The position numbers and the translations under genes were made by a program. Source: Vicugna vicugna (taxonomy: Eukaryota). From it: a stretch of DNA of 64,000 bases. Location: contig MU063886.1 of assembly GCA_013265495.1 (NCBI GenBank), positions 868,001 through 932,000 on the forward strand. Reading direction: 5' to 3'. Positions 11,400 through 23,349 of the stretch are shown piece by piece. The notes below the pieces were generated by a model. It ran no database searches. It had not been told where the DNA came from and saw nothing but the letters and a program-made list of their open reading frames with translations. The first letter of the stretch is position 1, and each line of letters begins with the position of its first letter.

Positions 11400-11960
11400 T
11401 TATGGGAGAGACACTTAAAGCAAAATGACACAGAAAAGTTTAAAATAATGGGATGGGAAATGGTATGTCAGGGAAATTAAACAAAAATAAACTCAGAGCC
11501 TAATATTAATATCACACAAAATGGAATTTTAGACTGAAAATGTTAAGTGGGATAAAAGGGTTATTTGATATTAATAAAATTTCAAAATAAGAAAAATTAA
11601 GGGGGTAGGTTATAGCTTCAGTCCTGGGTTTAGTCCTCAATACCTCCATTAAAATAAATAAATAAATAAAATAAACCTAATTACACCCCCCCAAAGCCCA
11701 GCATTATTTGAAAAAAAAGATAAATTAAGAGTCATGAAACTTTGTGCACTAAAAATATATATAATATTGAGATATGTAGAACGTAACTGAAAGGTGAGAG
11801 GCAGTTGATAAAATCTTGGCATTATACAAAATATGACTTTCAGAATTTGACCGTTGGACACAAAGTTATAATACAGATGCGCAGAATAGTTTAATTATTA
11901 CACTTGATTTAATAATTATGTATGTGGATGTTTGTCCTCCAAAAAGAATATTGATATTTT
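11400..11960 (+). mobile_element. Old L1M ORF2 (endonuclease-region) fragment interrupted by a SINE
   Basis: gagacacttaaagcaaaatgacacagaaaagtttaaaataatgggatggg...atattaatatcacacaaaatggaattttagac corresponds to the decayed ETHL..KDT.RLK.KGW..ILISDK.DFK region of L1 ORF2. Confidence 0.75.
11601..11713 (+). mobile_element. Camelid tRNA-Ala-derived SINE (Vic-1 type), internally deleted
   Basis: gggggtaggttatagcttca^gtcctgggtttagtcctcaatacctcc-(aaat)n-aaacctaattacacccccc. TSD aataagaaaaattaa (11586-11600) / aaaaagataaattaa (11714-11728), 13/15 identical. Confidence 0.85.
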
Positions 11961-11984
11961 TAAATATCCAGTGAAACAATGTAA

Positions 11985-12840
11985 CATTAATTCAATAAAC
12001 ATTTATTACATATCTGCCCAACTCCAGGCCTTATGCTGAGCAAGGGATGGAGTGTGAATAGGCCAGTCATAGACCCCGCCATGTGGAGCACATGGGCCAG
12101 GAACTCTTCCGGAAATAGGGGATGTGACAGGGACAAAGTAGGCAAAGGGCCCTGCTCTCAGGGAGCTTATCCCTCAGTTGGAGAACACAGATAACAGCAA
12201 AGACACACAGACTCTGTCAGGGGAAGGATCATAAGCAGAGTTGGAGAGAGATGGGCTAGAATGCTGTTTTAGGAATGAGCTTTCAGTAAGTCAGGCGGAA
12301 AAGGACAAGTATCACATGGTATCACTGGTATGTGAAGTCTTAAAAAATGGTACAAGTGAACTTACAAAACAGAAACAGACTCACAGGCACAGAAAACAGA
12401 CTTATGGTTACCAAAGGGCGAAGGAGGAGGAGGGATAAATTAGGAGTTTGGGATTAGCAGGTACATGCTACAACAAGGTCCTACTGTGTAGCACAGGGAA
12501 CTCTGGTCAATATCTTATAATAAGCTATGATGGGAAAGAATCAGAGAAAGACTCTATATATATATATATATATATAAATATAAAATATATGTAGCATATA
12601 TATGTATGTCATATATATATACATATAATTGAATCACTTTGTTGTATATGAGAAACTAATACAACATTGTAAATCAACTATTCTTCAGTTTAAAAAGAAA
12701 AAAAAAGAAATGAGCTTCAGGGAAAACCTGTCTGATCAGATGACACTTGAGAGAAGTCCCCGGAAGGGAGGGAGGGCAGGAAGCCCACAGATACGGGAGG
12801 AAGAGAGCTTGAGGCAGAGAGCACAGAAAGAATAGAGGCT
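11985..12840 (-). mobile_element. L2 3' end(s), split by an L1 insertion
   Basis: attcaataaacatttatta...ccctgctctcagggagcttat...; the pattern resumes after 12720 (gatgacacttgagagaagtc...gaggcagagagcacag). Confidence 0.7.
12287..12705 (+). mobile_element. 5'-truncated artiodactyl-type L1 3' end with (TA)n and A tail
   Basis: aaggacaagtatcacatggtatcact...gtgtagcacagggaact...gaatcactttgttgtatatgagaaactaatacaacattgtaaatcaactattcttca + A tail. TSD aggaatgagctttcag / agaaatgagcttcag. Confidence 0.9.
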
Positions 12841-12879
12841 CTTTACTTGTGACAGTTGTTCCCTCAACTTTTCTTAAAT

Positions 12880-13240
12880 TCTTGAATTAATAGTTTATTG
12901 TCAGTATATCTTGTTTTTTTAATAAACTGAAGGCCACATTTTTTTTGCCTGTGTATTATTTTGATCATGTCCTTTATATGATTTTAATTTCTAAATAGTT
13001 TATAATTACAGTTTTAATGTACCTTTGGGCCCAACAGTAATTTTTAAAAAGCATTTTAAAATTTCCCTGTGTGGTTAGATTTTTCTTTTGGACCACACTT
13101 TTATTATGTTTTAATTTCTTTTTGTTTTAAGCCAGAGAATGTAACCTGAACAATTTCTCCTTATAAAAATCCATGTACTCTTTTGTGTGTGTGGTCTAGT
13201 ATGTGACAAAATTCAGTTCAGTGTCTCCACATTGCCCAAC
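12880..13240 (-). mobile_element. Old L1M fragment
   Basis: T-rich decayed reverse ORF2 pattern. Confidence 0.45.
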
Positions 13241-13349
13241 ATGCTTCAGCCCTGCTGAACTTCTTTCATTGGCTTGAAACTGTCCTTTTCTTGTAATTTT
13301 GGGATGATAAGTAATGTTGTTATGGAAGACTGTTTTCTCTCCTACTCAT

Positions 13350-13865
13350 TGTATTAGGGTCCTTCAGAGGAATAGAAACCAGAGGAGGGAGTGTGTGTGT
13401 ACACAGAGAGTTAACATAAGGCATGGGCTCGTGTGGTTACAAAGGCTGAGATGTCCTAAGATCTGAAGCTGGCAAGACGGGGACCCAGGAAAGCCGCCGT
13501 GTAGTTCCAGCCTGAGAACCTGGAGAGCCCCTGGTGTAAGGTCCAGGCAGGGGGCCAGCAGACTCGAGACCCAGGAAAAGCCCATGTTTCATTTTGGGTC
13601 CAGAGGCAGGAAAAGAGTGATGTCCCAGCTCACGGCAGGCAGGAAGGGCAAGTGCTCCCTGTACTCAGTCTTTTTGTTCTATTCAGGGCTTCAGCCGTGG
13701 GGTGAGTCCCACCTACACTGGGGAAGGCGACTGCTTTACTCAGTCTCCTGACTCAGATGTTTATCGCACCCAGAAACACCCTTGCTGATGTACCCAGGGC
13801 GATGTTTGCCCAATGTCTGGGCACCCCGTGGCCAGGTGAAGTGACACAAAACATTCACTGCCACA
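13350..13865 (-). mobile_element. MLT2-type (ERVL) solo LTR, full length
   Basis: Reverse complement begins tgtggcagtgaatgttttgtgtcac...ggccacggggtgcccagacatt...gactgagtaaagcag. Perfect 5-bp TSD ctcat (13345-13349 / 13866-13870). Confidence 0.9.
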
Positions 13866-13874
13866 CTCATACAG

Positions 13875-14335
13875 CTTTTCTTCAAGGTCTCATGTCATGT
13901 TGCTTCCTCCCAGGAAGCCTTGCTGACCTCATCCCGAGACTCCATTAGGGGCTCCTGCTGAGCGTCCGCACGGCTCCCTGTCCGTTCCCTGTCCTGACAC
14001 TTTGTGCGCTACTTCCTCTTGCTTACTCAGTCGACTAGACTGTGCCCTCACTTCCTTAAAGTCTCTGCCGAAGTGTCACCTGATCAGAGAGGCTTTCCCT
14101 GAACATTACCTCTAAAACAGCAGCCCACCCTCTCACCCCAGACTCAGCTTTACTCTCCTTCATTTGACATATTTGTGTGTCTTCATTATCATCTGTGTAT
14201 CATACTTCCACTGGAGTATAAGCTCCATGAAAGCAGGGACTTTGTCTAGTTTGTGAACAGATGCATCTACTAGTTCTTGAAGAGTGCTTGGAACACTGTG
14301 GGTGTCCAGTTAATATGTGTGGAATAAAATCCAGG
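13875..14335 (+). mobile_element. L2 3' end (two partly overlapping fragments)
   Basis: ccaggaagccttgctgac...ctggagtataagctccatgaaagcagggactttgtctag...ttaatatgtgtggaataaa. Confidence 0.8.
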
Positions 14336-14339
14336 AGCA

Positions 14340-16240
14340 AATAAAACTAATTTATCATGACTAAGCTTATCATAGGGCTATAAGAATGGTTCAACATTGA
14401 GAACATGTTGAACACTCTTATAAAAGACGTTTAAAATGTGATGGTCTTGAGAGAGGTCAAAAAGGAAAGGAACTGCAAAAAAAGCCTACAAAATTAAACA
14501 AAAACAAAACCAAATTTTGGTAATCTATAATTGAAGGACTTATTCCTTAAAAATGGCAAAGAGATCAAAAACCAAAGTCATAGTAATGGTGAAACATTAA
14601 AAGCCTTGTCACTAAAATAGAACAGGGTTCAGTAAACCATGGTGTATGGGCCAAATCCAGCTGTTTGTTCTTTGTTTATTGTCCAGGGCTGTTTTCATTG
14701 CTACAATGGTAGAGCTGAGTAGTTGTGACAGAGACCGTATAGCCTCCAAAGCTAAAAATATTTAATATCTGGCTCTTTGAGGAAAACGCTTGGTGGCCTC
14801 TGACAAATAACAAGAGAAAAAACACACATGCATATTTGACCTTATTCTGGAATTTCTATCAAACACGATATGTAAATAAGAGATATTATTAGTAGGAAGA
14901 AACAAAGGCAATCTTTGGCACTATTAACTTTCTACATAGGAAACTTAAAAGGCTCACTTCAAAGCTATTTGAGCTATTAAAAAAATTCACCAGGGTGGCC
15001 AGTTACAAGATAATTAAAAATCTTTAGATTATAATAACAAATATAAATAATTAGGAAATAGCAACACATACCTAGCTCTTAGTGTATATTTGTCATAAAA
15101 TCTGTACAAAACTGTATTCCAAATAATAGACATGAGTAAGTGAGGGGTCTCATCACATTCTTAGGCATGAAGATTCAATATTGTAGATGTCAGTTCTTCC
15201 AAAGTGAACCTTCAGATTTAATGCAATCCCAGCCTGAATCCCAGTAAGATAAGAACATCCAGGCAGGTTTGAAAACCTCAGTTATTTTGGTTGCGCATTT
15301 TTTCTGGTGGGTGTGACATAGTATCTCACTGTAGTTTTAATTTTTATTTTCCTGATGAAGAACGGCATTGAGCACCTGCATTTATGTTTATTGGCATTTA
15401 TGTCTATTGACCATTTGAATGCCCTTTGTCAAATTCCTCTTCAAATTTCTGCCCTGTTTTCGTTTGGGTTTTCTGTCTTACTGCGTTGTAAGTGTTCTTT
15501 ACATATTCTGGGTACAATTCCTTTGTTGGATCTTCACAAATAACTCTTACACTTTGTAGCTTGCATTTTCACTCTTTCATGGTATCTTTTTGTTTTTAAT
15601 TTCAGTGAAGTCTAATCTGTTAATTTATTTTGTGATTAGCTTTTTCTTTCCTTCGTACGCCATGAGCATGAAAATTTCTTTTATGTTATTTTCTAGAAGC
15701 TATGTTGTTTTACATTTCATATTTAGAACTTCCATAAATCTGGAATTGACTTGTGCATAGGGTGTGAGGTAGGGAATCATGTGTATATATCTTTTTTTCA
15801 TTTGGCTATCCTATTGCTAACTAGCAGGATATATTGTGTTTGTGCAAGATAGACTCAATTTCATAAAAAATATCAACTATCTCCAAATTGATCTATATTT
15901 TTAGTACAATACCATTAAAAAGACCAGCAGATCTCTTTATGGAAATCAGCAGTCTCATCTCTGAATTCATTTGGAAATGCCTAAGACCAAAAATAATCAA
16001 GTCATCCTTAAAGAAGGACAATCTAGGAAGCTGTATGCTACTAGACATCAAAATTTATTATAAAGGTCGAGCAACGAAGATCAGGCAGTATAGACACAAG
16101 GGAGACAGACAAACCAGTGGAATAAAAAGGAAGTTCAGAAACAGACACACATACATGGTCACTCTACTTAGGAGGAGGGTGAACTGCAGAGCAGTCGAGG
16201 GACAGTCTTTAAAAATACCTTCATTTAAGTATAGTAATTG
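14340..16240. mobile_element. Composite old L1M ORF2 fragments (+ 14340-15250, - 15290-15800, + 15830-16240)
   Basis: ORF 15888-16241 (IYIFSTIPLK..DLFMEISSLISEFIWK..RPKIIKSSLKK.N.LGSC.LLDIKIYYK) is a decayed L1 ORF2 segment (IYRFNAIPIK...KFIWN.KR.RIAK..L..KNK.GG..LPDFKLYYK). Confidence 0.8.
14623..14802 (+). mobile_element. MER58A MITE (internally deleted) inside L1M
   Basis: cagggttcagtaaaccatgg...gggccaaatccagc...gagctgagtagttgtgacagagaccgtatagcc...aaatatttaatatctggctcttt. Confidence 0.8.
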
Positions 16241-17616
16241 AAATTAGAAAGGTAGTAAGTTGTGCTTAGATATGTGTTATCTGAAAGTATGATATCCTTT
16301 GATGTTATGTGGTTTGAGCAGCGACAGTTAAGGGAAGGTCTGAGATTTCAAGTTTCACATAAATGTAGTTGATTAAGGCACGTTGTTCTAAATGTCTGCC
16401 GTAAGGCTCAGGTGCTACCATCTCTGTAAGTTTATCTGGATTGCAGACAAAATGTACAAGTCCTGCCAAGCAAGTACTTGAAAACTTGCTTTGAGACACA
16501 CTGTTCAAACATTGAGAGGCTATAGAAGATATAAAATATGGTTCATCTTTCCAGGGATTTGAGAATTTACATGTGATGGTCAGATCAGTACACACAAAAA
16601 GAGAAGGGGAAAAAAGGGTGCCAGGAAAAGACTGATCCAATACGTGGTCAAGGGGTGCAGAACATTGCAGAAAAGAGGGGTTTGTTTGGCTGCCTCTGTT
16701 AGCGCAGCACTTCGCAGAGAAGGGGGGTGTCTGTTGAACCTTGAAAGCAGGTAGGATTTAGAGACATGAATGAGAGGAGGGCAGAGCTATTGCTAGTGCA
16801 GGCAGACAGGAGAAAGTGAAGAGCTGGGGAGATTAGCATTGTATCTGTCTACATGCTGGTGGGGGGCTGTGTATACATGTGCAGACAAACAGCAGGATAG
16901 AACATTTACATTGATGAATAGTGGGAAAGAGTCTGGGTTGATAGCCTGGAGCCCTGTTATGGGGGAAATTTTAAAATAGGGAAAAAATTCAAATTCTCAT
17001 AAAAGGCTGGAGAGAGCTGAGACTTGTCTGTCCTGTTTATCACTTTATCCCCAGTTCATGACTGAGTGCATGGCACAAAAATTACACTCAGTAGAAAATT
17101 ACTGAAAAAAATGAATGGAGAAATAGTAGGATTCAAGAAAGAATACCTAGTCTGTGCCTTGGTTTAGGACATAAAACTCCCGATAGAACTACTGCCTTTG
17201 ACTTGAAACACTTGTCAGGACACTGGACGTGGCTGACACTGTTAAGAATAATTGAAATCATAATGCTCAAATAATTATGAACTTCATGGTGAGAAATGTT
17301 TCATTGAGCAAATCCTGGTCATTAATTCTCCATTTTAAGAAGCCTGAAAGGAAAAGTTCCATCTCTGAAGTCTATTCTCCAGTTCTCCTTGTATGTTTTA
17401 AGAGACTATGGAGATTATCAACACAGGGAATTAGTATGGAATTTACCTTTTTAAATGCAGAGAATCAATAATAAATGATGTTTTTAGTTACAGGGGTTGG
17501 GCTTCTGCCTCTCTGCACATTCAAGGTTAAGTTAATGAAATGTTTGTGGAGGTCTGGGGCTCCATCTGTTCATTCTCCTGCTATAGAGAAGGACAGAGTG
17601 AATCCCTTCCCCTGCA

Positions 17617-17673
17617 GGTGCCACCTGGTCATGCTTTACTAATCACCACTCCCTTCTAGCTGCCACCTGCCCT
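17617..17673 (-). promoter_or_regulatory. Two tandem CTCF-core-like motifs plus inverted E-box pair
   Basis: Minus TGACCAGGTGGCAC (about 17618-17631) and AGGGCAGGTGGCAG (17660-17673); CAGGTG-C-CACCTG at 17615-17627. Confidence 0.35.
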
Positions 17674-18083
17674 GGCTCCCACTCAGAGACCCTAGTGGAA
17701 ACCTTTGGGGAAGGTGAAATCCTTCATTAGTACCCCCCTGAGCCTCAGTCCCTGCTCCTTCACTCCTTTCCTATGATTGCTTTATGAGGGCACGAGTAGC
17801 ATGTATCAAGTCCAGTAATGGGGCCAGAGGATACTGCTGTGTTGTCCTGTGCCACAGCCTTCAGTGAGGTCCCACAACTACTCACGAAATCTCTGAGCTG
17901 AGAGGCTGAGAGATTGTGGTCCAACCATAACGGTCTGACCAGTGTCTTACAGAGGACGAGGCTGCACAGATTGAGTTGTTCAGCGACACACACGAGACAG
18001 TGACCGTGGTGGGAGTGGAGCTGACACTCTGCTCCTCGCCAGCTACGCTTGTCCTTCACCCTCCCGCCTGACTCCTGTCTCAG

Positions 18084-18149
18084 GAGCCATCGCTTTGTTG
18101 CTGTGGTTTGTGCATTTGTTTCAAATCAAAGCCACACATTTGTTATAAA
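18084..18149 (+). other. Candidate 66-nt exon, plus strand
   Basis: ccttcaccctcccgcctgactcctgtctcag|GAGCCATCG...TATAAA|gtaagc. Confidence 0.2.
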
Positions 18150-19199
18150 GTAAGCTTACAAGGCTGATTACATTGTGTCACACATAGTACAAGCCCTGGT
18201 ACGGTGGAGTCACCCAAAGTGAATCAAAGCTGAAAAGACTTGTCACTTGAGGAACTCTTGGTCACAAACAACTTCAAGACATGTGGCCCCCAGACAAAGT
18301 TTATGCTGAGAGTGATTCTGAAACACAAAGAATGTTTCTTTCCTCCAAATTCACTGCCAATTTAGAAGAATTTATTAAAGAAAGAGGTTGAGCTGACAGA
18401 CTATCCAATCAGCGGGGGGCATGGCAGAGCATCTGGGAAATAAAAACCGCAAAATGAAAACGTACGACGCTCATCGCCTTGACTAGTGTGAACAGGTTTG
18501 CCCAACTCTGGCCCGTGTTTGATGGACCATGGAATCTGCAAAGGGCATGATGCTCAGCTCCTCCTCTCCAGGTAAACCAGTGAAAGTCTGGCGGACAGGT
18601 GACTTCCAGTGGCTGAGGGGGAATGACATCTTCCTGAGGCTCCTGGTCTCGTGTTCTTTTCATTGTGTTTGCGTTAAAAGGGAAAGTTTACATAAAAGTT
18701 GCATCGAGTTGTTCAGACTTTATCCTGTGTTGTAATGAAATAAGATTCCTGAAAACCTTGGAAACTACTTCTTTAAGGATAAACTCTCAGATTTTTCCTA
18801 AACAGAGGATGACTCTGAATTACTAAAGTCTGAGCAAAGGCATGACCTAGGTGCTCCGCGTGGTTTTTGAGAATCTTTCTGCTTGCCTTTAAGCCTCAAG
18901 AAAAAAGAAAGAAAAAGAAAATGTGGTTAAATGGCATTCTTGGGAAACAGAGGCATGTCACTTGGCATCATCGATTATTTCTCTACTTTAAGAAAAATGG
19001 GAGAAATGCAATTATACCATTTAAAGGGTCTCTGTGAGCAGAAGGAAGTAACACCGATTCTTACAGCGTGAAGGCGGCATTGCTAGAAGTGAGCCGACTC
19101 ATCACCCTCCTCCCAGGAGCTCTGCGGGTCACCGCTCCAGGTAAACTGTACTTTCTTTGTTCTTAGAACGCTTCCGAGCGGGGTGCCCTTCATTCAGCG

Positions 19200-20250
19200 A
19201 CACAAAAGTTCAGGAATCCCAGATCTGCCTCCCTCATTGTGAAACCAAAGCAACCACCATAAGCTTCAGGCGCTCCTCGTCTGCCTCTCCGCATCCTGAC
19301 AAACGGCTTCAGTATTTCCAGTCGTTCAGGACAGAGCCCTTGGCTTACCTACTCCCCCCCCCCCCACCGCCGTTCTTCCCTTTCTCCTCTGCTCACCCTG
19401 CTGCTCCACCTCTAAACCCCTTTCGTCCGTGCTGCCCCTCTCCCTCCCATCTGTTCCTTTCCGAACCACCATCCACCCACCTCTCACCTCCAAGGCTTCC
19501 CTAGCTTCCTAGCTGGTCTCTCTACCTTCACTCTTATCCCCTAAAACCCATTCTCTGTACAGAAATCAGAGGGATCTTTTTCTTTTCAGTTCAATAGCTT
19601 AATCTTTTAATGAAGATTTAGTGTTTTTAGAGCAGTTTTAGTTTCACAGCAAAATTGAGCAAAGGCTCAGATTTCCCGCATAGCCCCTGCTCCTCCACAT
19701 GCACAGCCTCCCCTGCTGTGACACCCCCACTGGAGTGGAACGCTGAACCTAAGTGGACACCTTCTTACCACCCAGAGCCCATGGTTTCCATTACTTGGTT
19801 CATGCTTTGTGTTGTACGTTCTATGGGTTTGGGCTGACGGATCTTTTTGAAACACAACTCAGATCCTGTCTTCCTTTGCTGAAGAACTCCCACAGTCTTC
19901 TCATCACCCTGGGAATAAGGACAGCCCCACGTCAAGGCCTTGCACTTTCTGTTTCTGATATTTCCTGGGCTAGAACTCTCTTTTCTCAGCTCTTGACATG
20001 GCTGGATCCTTTGGTTTGAATTTCACGTCCTCAAAGAAGTTCTCCTGATTAAGCCTGTCTAAAAAGTAGTGAACTCCCCATTCCTGCTCCAGTTCTTCTG
20101 TTAATATTTTTTTCAGAGCTGAGCCTAATCTGTAAATACCCTGTTTCTTAAAGTTGTCTGTCTTCCCCAACTATAATGTAAGCCACACCCTCTACTACCC
20201 ATCCCATATGGGCACATGGTAAGCACGCAACACATTTCTGTTGAGTGTTG
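19200..20250 (+). mobile_element. L2 fragment interrupted by an L1 piece
   Basis: ctagcttcctagctggtctctctacc...aatcagagggatcttttt[insert]gaaacacaactcagatcctgtc...ctataatgtaagc. Confidence 0.75.
19582..19838 (-). mobile_element. L1MB/MC-type 3' end fragment
   Basis: tttttagagcagttttagtttcacagcaaaattgagc...gttgtacgttctatgggtttgg. Exact 10-bp TSD ggatcttttt (19572-19581 / 19839-19848). Confidence 0.85.
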
Positions 20251-20520
20251 AAATAATATTAGGTCATACCAAGAATTCCCTGTGTGTCATGCACAGGCAC
20301 TTCACAAATCATATTACACTTCATCCTCACAACAACCCTAAAAATTGGGTTCAACTATTCCGATTTCATAGATGAGAAGAATGAGACACAAAGGAGTTAT
20401 GCACCTTGACCAAAGTCACACAATTGGCAAGGTTTACACTCGGGAATCCGGCACATTCCCCGCTCGGCTTTACTGAAAGAATGAGTGACATTTGGGTGTC
20501 TTCTTCTGCCTGGCCTTCTT
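20240..20520 (-). mobile_element. MIR SINE
   Basis: cttcatcctcacaacaaccct...catagatgagaagaatgagacacaaaggagttatgcaccttgaccaaagtcacacaattggcaag. Confidence 0.85.
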
Positions 20521-21139
20521 TGTCTTTACAGATTAGAGAATAAGAATAACTAGCCGTTACAGAAAGAGACAATTGTTCCTCTGGGGACTTCCTAGTGAAG
20601 TTCCCTATGTTGGATTGAGGAGAATAGGAAAGAAATTCAATTCTTTCTCTAACTACAGCCCTTAGGGACCCTGTGGTTTAGATATGATTTCATCACTCTG
20701 TTCCTCTCCTATGGTCTTCCCAGCTCCTGTTACGTTCTGCCCTCCATTCTGTTTTTTTAATCTCTGTTAAGTTCTGTCTCCTTGTGGGTGCAGTCGACCA
20801 GGCATGGACGAGGAGTTAAAAGGGTGGGGTCTACCGGTAACTACAGTGGAAGCTGGGGCCTCACTTTCTTCGTCTGTAAAATCTCAGAAATGATCTCCAA
20901 GGTCCATTTCTAGGTTTATAATACTACGGCTCAGGAGGTGTTTTATGTAGGCCTCAGTGGAGATTTTTTTTCCAGGTTCTCTTCTGGACTGTTTCCTCTC
21001 TGTCCATTTTCTTATTTCAGAAGTCTTACATATCAAGGTTAGAACAACACTATAAAGCAAACCAGACAAATTCTCCTGATGCCAGGACACTTTAACAGTG
21101 CTGACTGAGGCTCTGTGACTCCCCCTGGACATTTCTAAC

Positions 21140-21660
21140 GTGAATTCATTCATTTATCCATCCATCTATCCAACAGATAATTACTGAACACCTACTTTGT
21201 GCAGAGACCTAGGCCAGGAAAGGAGAGTATACACAATCTGGACCCTCGTAAAGCCGGTAGGGATCCAGTTACCAATAAAAGAAGAACCACAGAAGTAAAT
21301 GCAAGAAGACAGCAGTGCCAGGCACCCCCAAGGGGAAGTAAGTGGCAGTATGAGAACAGACATTGGTCTGGGGATTAACCTAATTAGGAAAGTTAGTGGG
21401 GGCTTCCCTGAAGAAATGACAAGCTACGATCTAAATGACAACAGAAATTCAAGAGAAGAAGAGGAGTGGCTACAGTGTCCTAGGCAAAGAGAGTGGCATG
21501 TGCAAAGGTCCTGTGGCAGGGAATAGGATTGCATATTCCAGGACTCAAACAGCATGTTGTGCAGAGAGCATAGTGACCTACTCAAAGAGGGGAAGGATGA
21601 CTTCCCTGGAAAGGAGGGAGGTGCCCTTGAGATAAGCTGCATAAAGAAGTCAGTGGGCCA
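21140..21660 (-). mobile_element. L2 3' end
   Basis: (ttca/tcca)n tail followed by ttactgaacacctactttgtgc...gaggaagtggc...gcatgtgcaaaggtcctgtggcagg. Confidence 0.85.
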
Positions 21661-22813
21661 GAGCGGCTCAGGCTTTTGCAGAAGGCTGTTCCCACCTGGT
21701 TGGAGCTCCTCAAACATGGTTCCTCCTTAAGCAACCTGTGAAAGCATTAGCTTGGAGAAGGGGCAACTGAAATCCATTAGGGTTTTGTTCGTATTCAAAT
21801 TCTGTCTATATAACTGTGCTGGGAGACCTCTTTGGAATTGAGAAGAACACCTCCATCAGCTGTCAGTTGGCACAAAGGCCTGAACATGAGGAATCCAGCA
21901 GAGAATACTTCCTTGTCCTGCCTTCGGCAGGCCTTGCCACAGAGGATGGATGTGCGTATTCTGGCAGGCCTCCTGCTCCCTCCCCATCAACCCAATGAAG
22001 ATGGACGGAATGGACCCGAAATATTTGCTAGGGAAAGAACACCAAAGGATCAGAGACATGGCCCAAAGCCAGAAGGCGTTGCTTTCCAATTGCCTGGAGA
22101 GATAAATCAGAGGTTGTTTTCCTCGTAGAAATAATTCAATCAGCAGGCTGTAATTTCCAAAATAAAGTTTGGAAGCAGCAAATGAAGGTGATTGAGAATA
22201 GTGGTAATTGCCCATTCTTCCCTCGTTCTCTGTGACTCACACTGATCAGTAACCTAAATGACTTTCTTCTCATGCATCCTGAAGTGGAAAAGCCTGCCAG
22301 AGTCGTAAGGAGGAGGGTGGATGTGTATTAACTGAATTCACTTCGTAGATGCTAAGTGGCCTCACAGGTTTAAAACAAAATGCCTGCTTTACAGACTCTC
22401 CATAATTCTCCGTGGGCAGAGATGGACAGAGTTACTGGGGATTTCTATGCAAGAGAGCACCCCTGCCTTCGTCATCTGGAAATTATGAGGCGAGCAGGTC
22501 AGTCCTCCTGTGAAGTGTGAATGTTAGTGTGTAAAAGAAACATTTAAAAAAGGAACCTACTTGACAGTTATTTTTAAGAGTCTGGCATATATATTTTCCC
22601 TTCATTCAAAGAGCTCAAAATTGGCTTAAGTGGAGTTTAATTGAAAAAGTTCACCTCAAGAGTGTGATTAAGCCTGGAAAATTTTAGCCAATAGGGGAAT
22701 TTTTCATAAAATCATGACCGAGTGGAAATAGTGTTATAATGGAAGTCTGTGTGTAATGGGCACTGTTAAATTATATACGTGTGTATTTGAGCTTCGGCAG
22801 GTAACTGACTTAC

Positions 22814-22886
22814 CAGGTTACGGTTCTGTGAAGGGTTTCTGGTGATATTATAAGCTACAGGCGCAAAGCTCAAGTCATCAAAATTC
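22814..22886 (-). other. Candidate 73-nt exon, minus strand
   Basis: ctgtaattctatttag|GAATTTTG...CGTAACCTG|gtaagtcag in repeat-free sequence. Only one frame is open (NFDDLSFAPVAYNITRNPSQNRNL). Confidence 0.35.
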
Positions 22887-23349
22887 CTAAATAGAATTAC
22901 AGTTGGATTAAAAAATATTCCTGCCATAATTACACACCAGGCATGGTTTAGGATCTTATAATTAACTTCTCTGTGCACAGGCTTTGCCTACGTAGTAATG
23001 GGTAATCTGATTCACATGTACAGCAGAATCACAGGATACTCAAACAGGGAGAAACCTCCAGTTTTCTACTTTGCCTTCAGCACTAAATTCATAAGAAAAA
23101 CAAATACGCATAAAAAGCAGCAATCGTGCAAACATTGACTGCTGGCAATCTAGGTGATCTGCAGACACAGCAGTTCATGATGGGGAACAAAACTCCAGTG
23201 TCTTTGTCCAGTGATTTTCCTAGTGTGTAATATTGATGCGCTTTTGGTCGGCTTCTAACCTGCAGTTTGTAGGGAACCATAGAGGTTTTCACGTGAGAGG
23301 AGTGTAGGGGGCATCCATTTGGTCGCAGGAAAGGAGTAAGCAGTCAGAA

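Noticed and set aside
15888-16241. 117-aa ORF as a host gene exon
   Set aside because: Recognisable decayed L1 ORF2 segment.
22791-22800. gcttcggcag match to the U6 snRNA 5' end
   Set aside because: Only 10 nt with no extension or TSD; chance.
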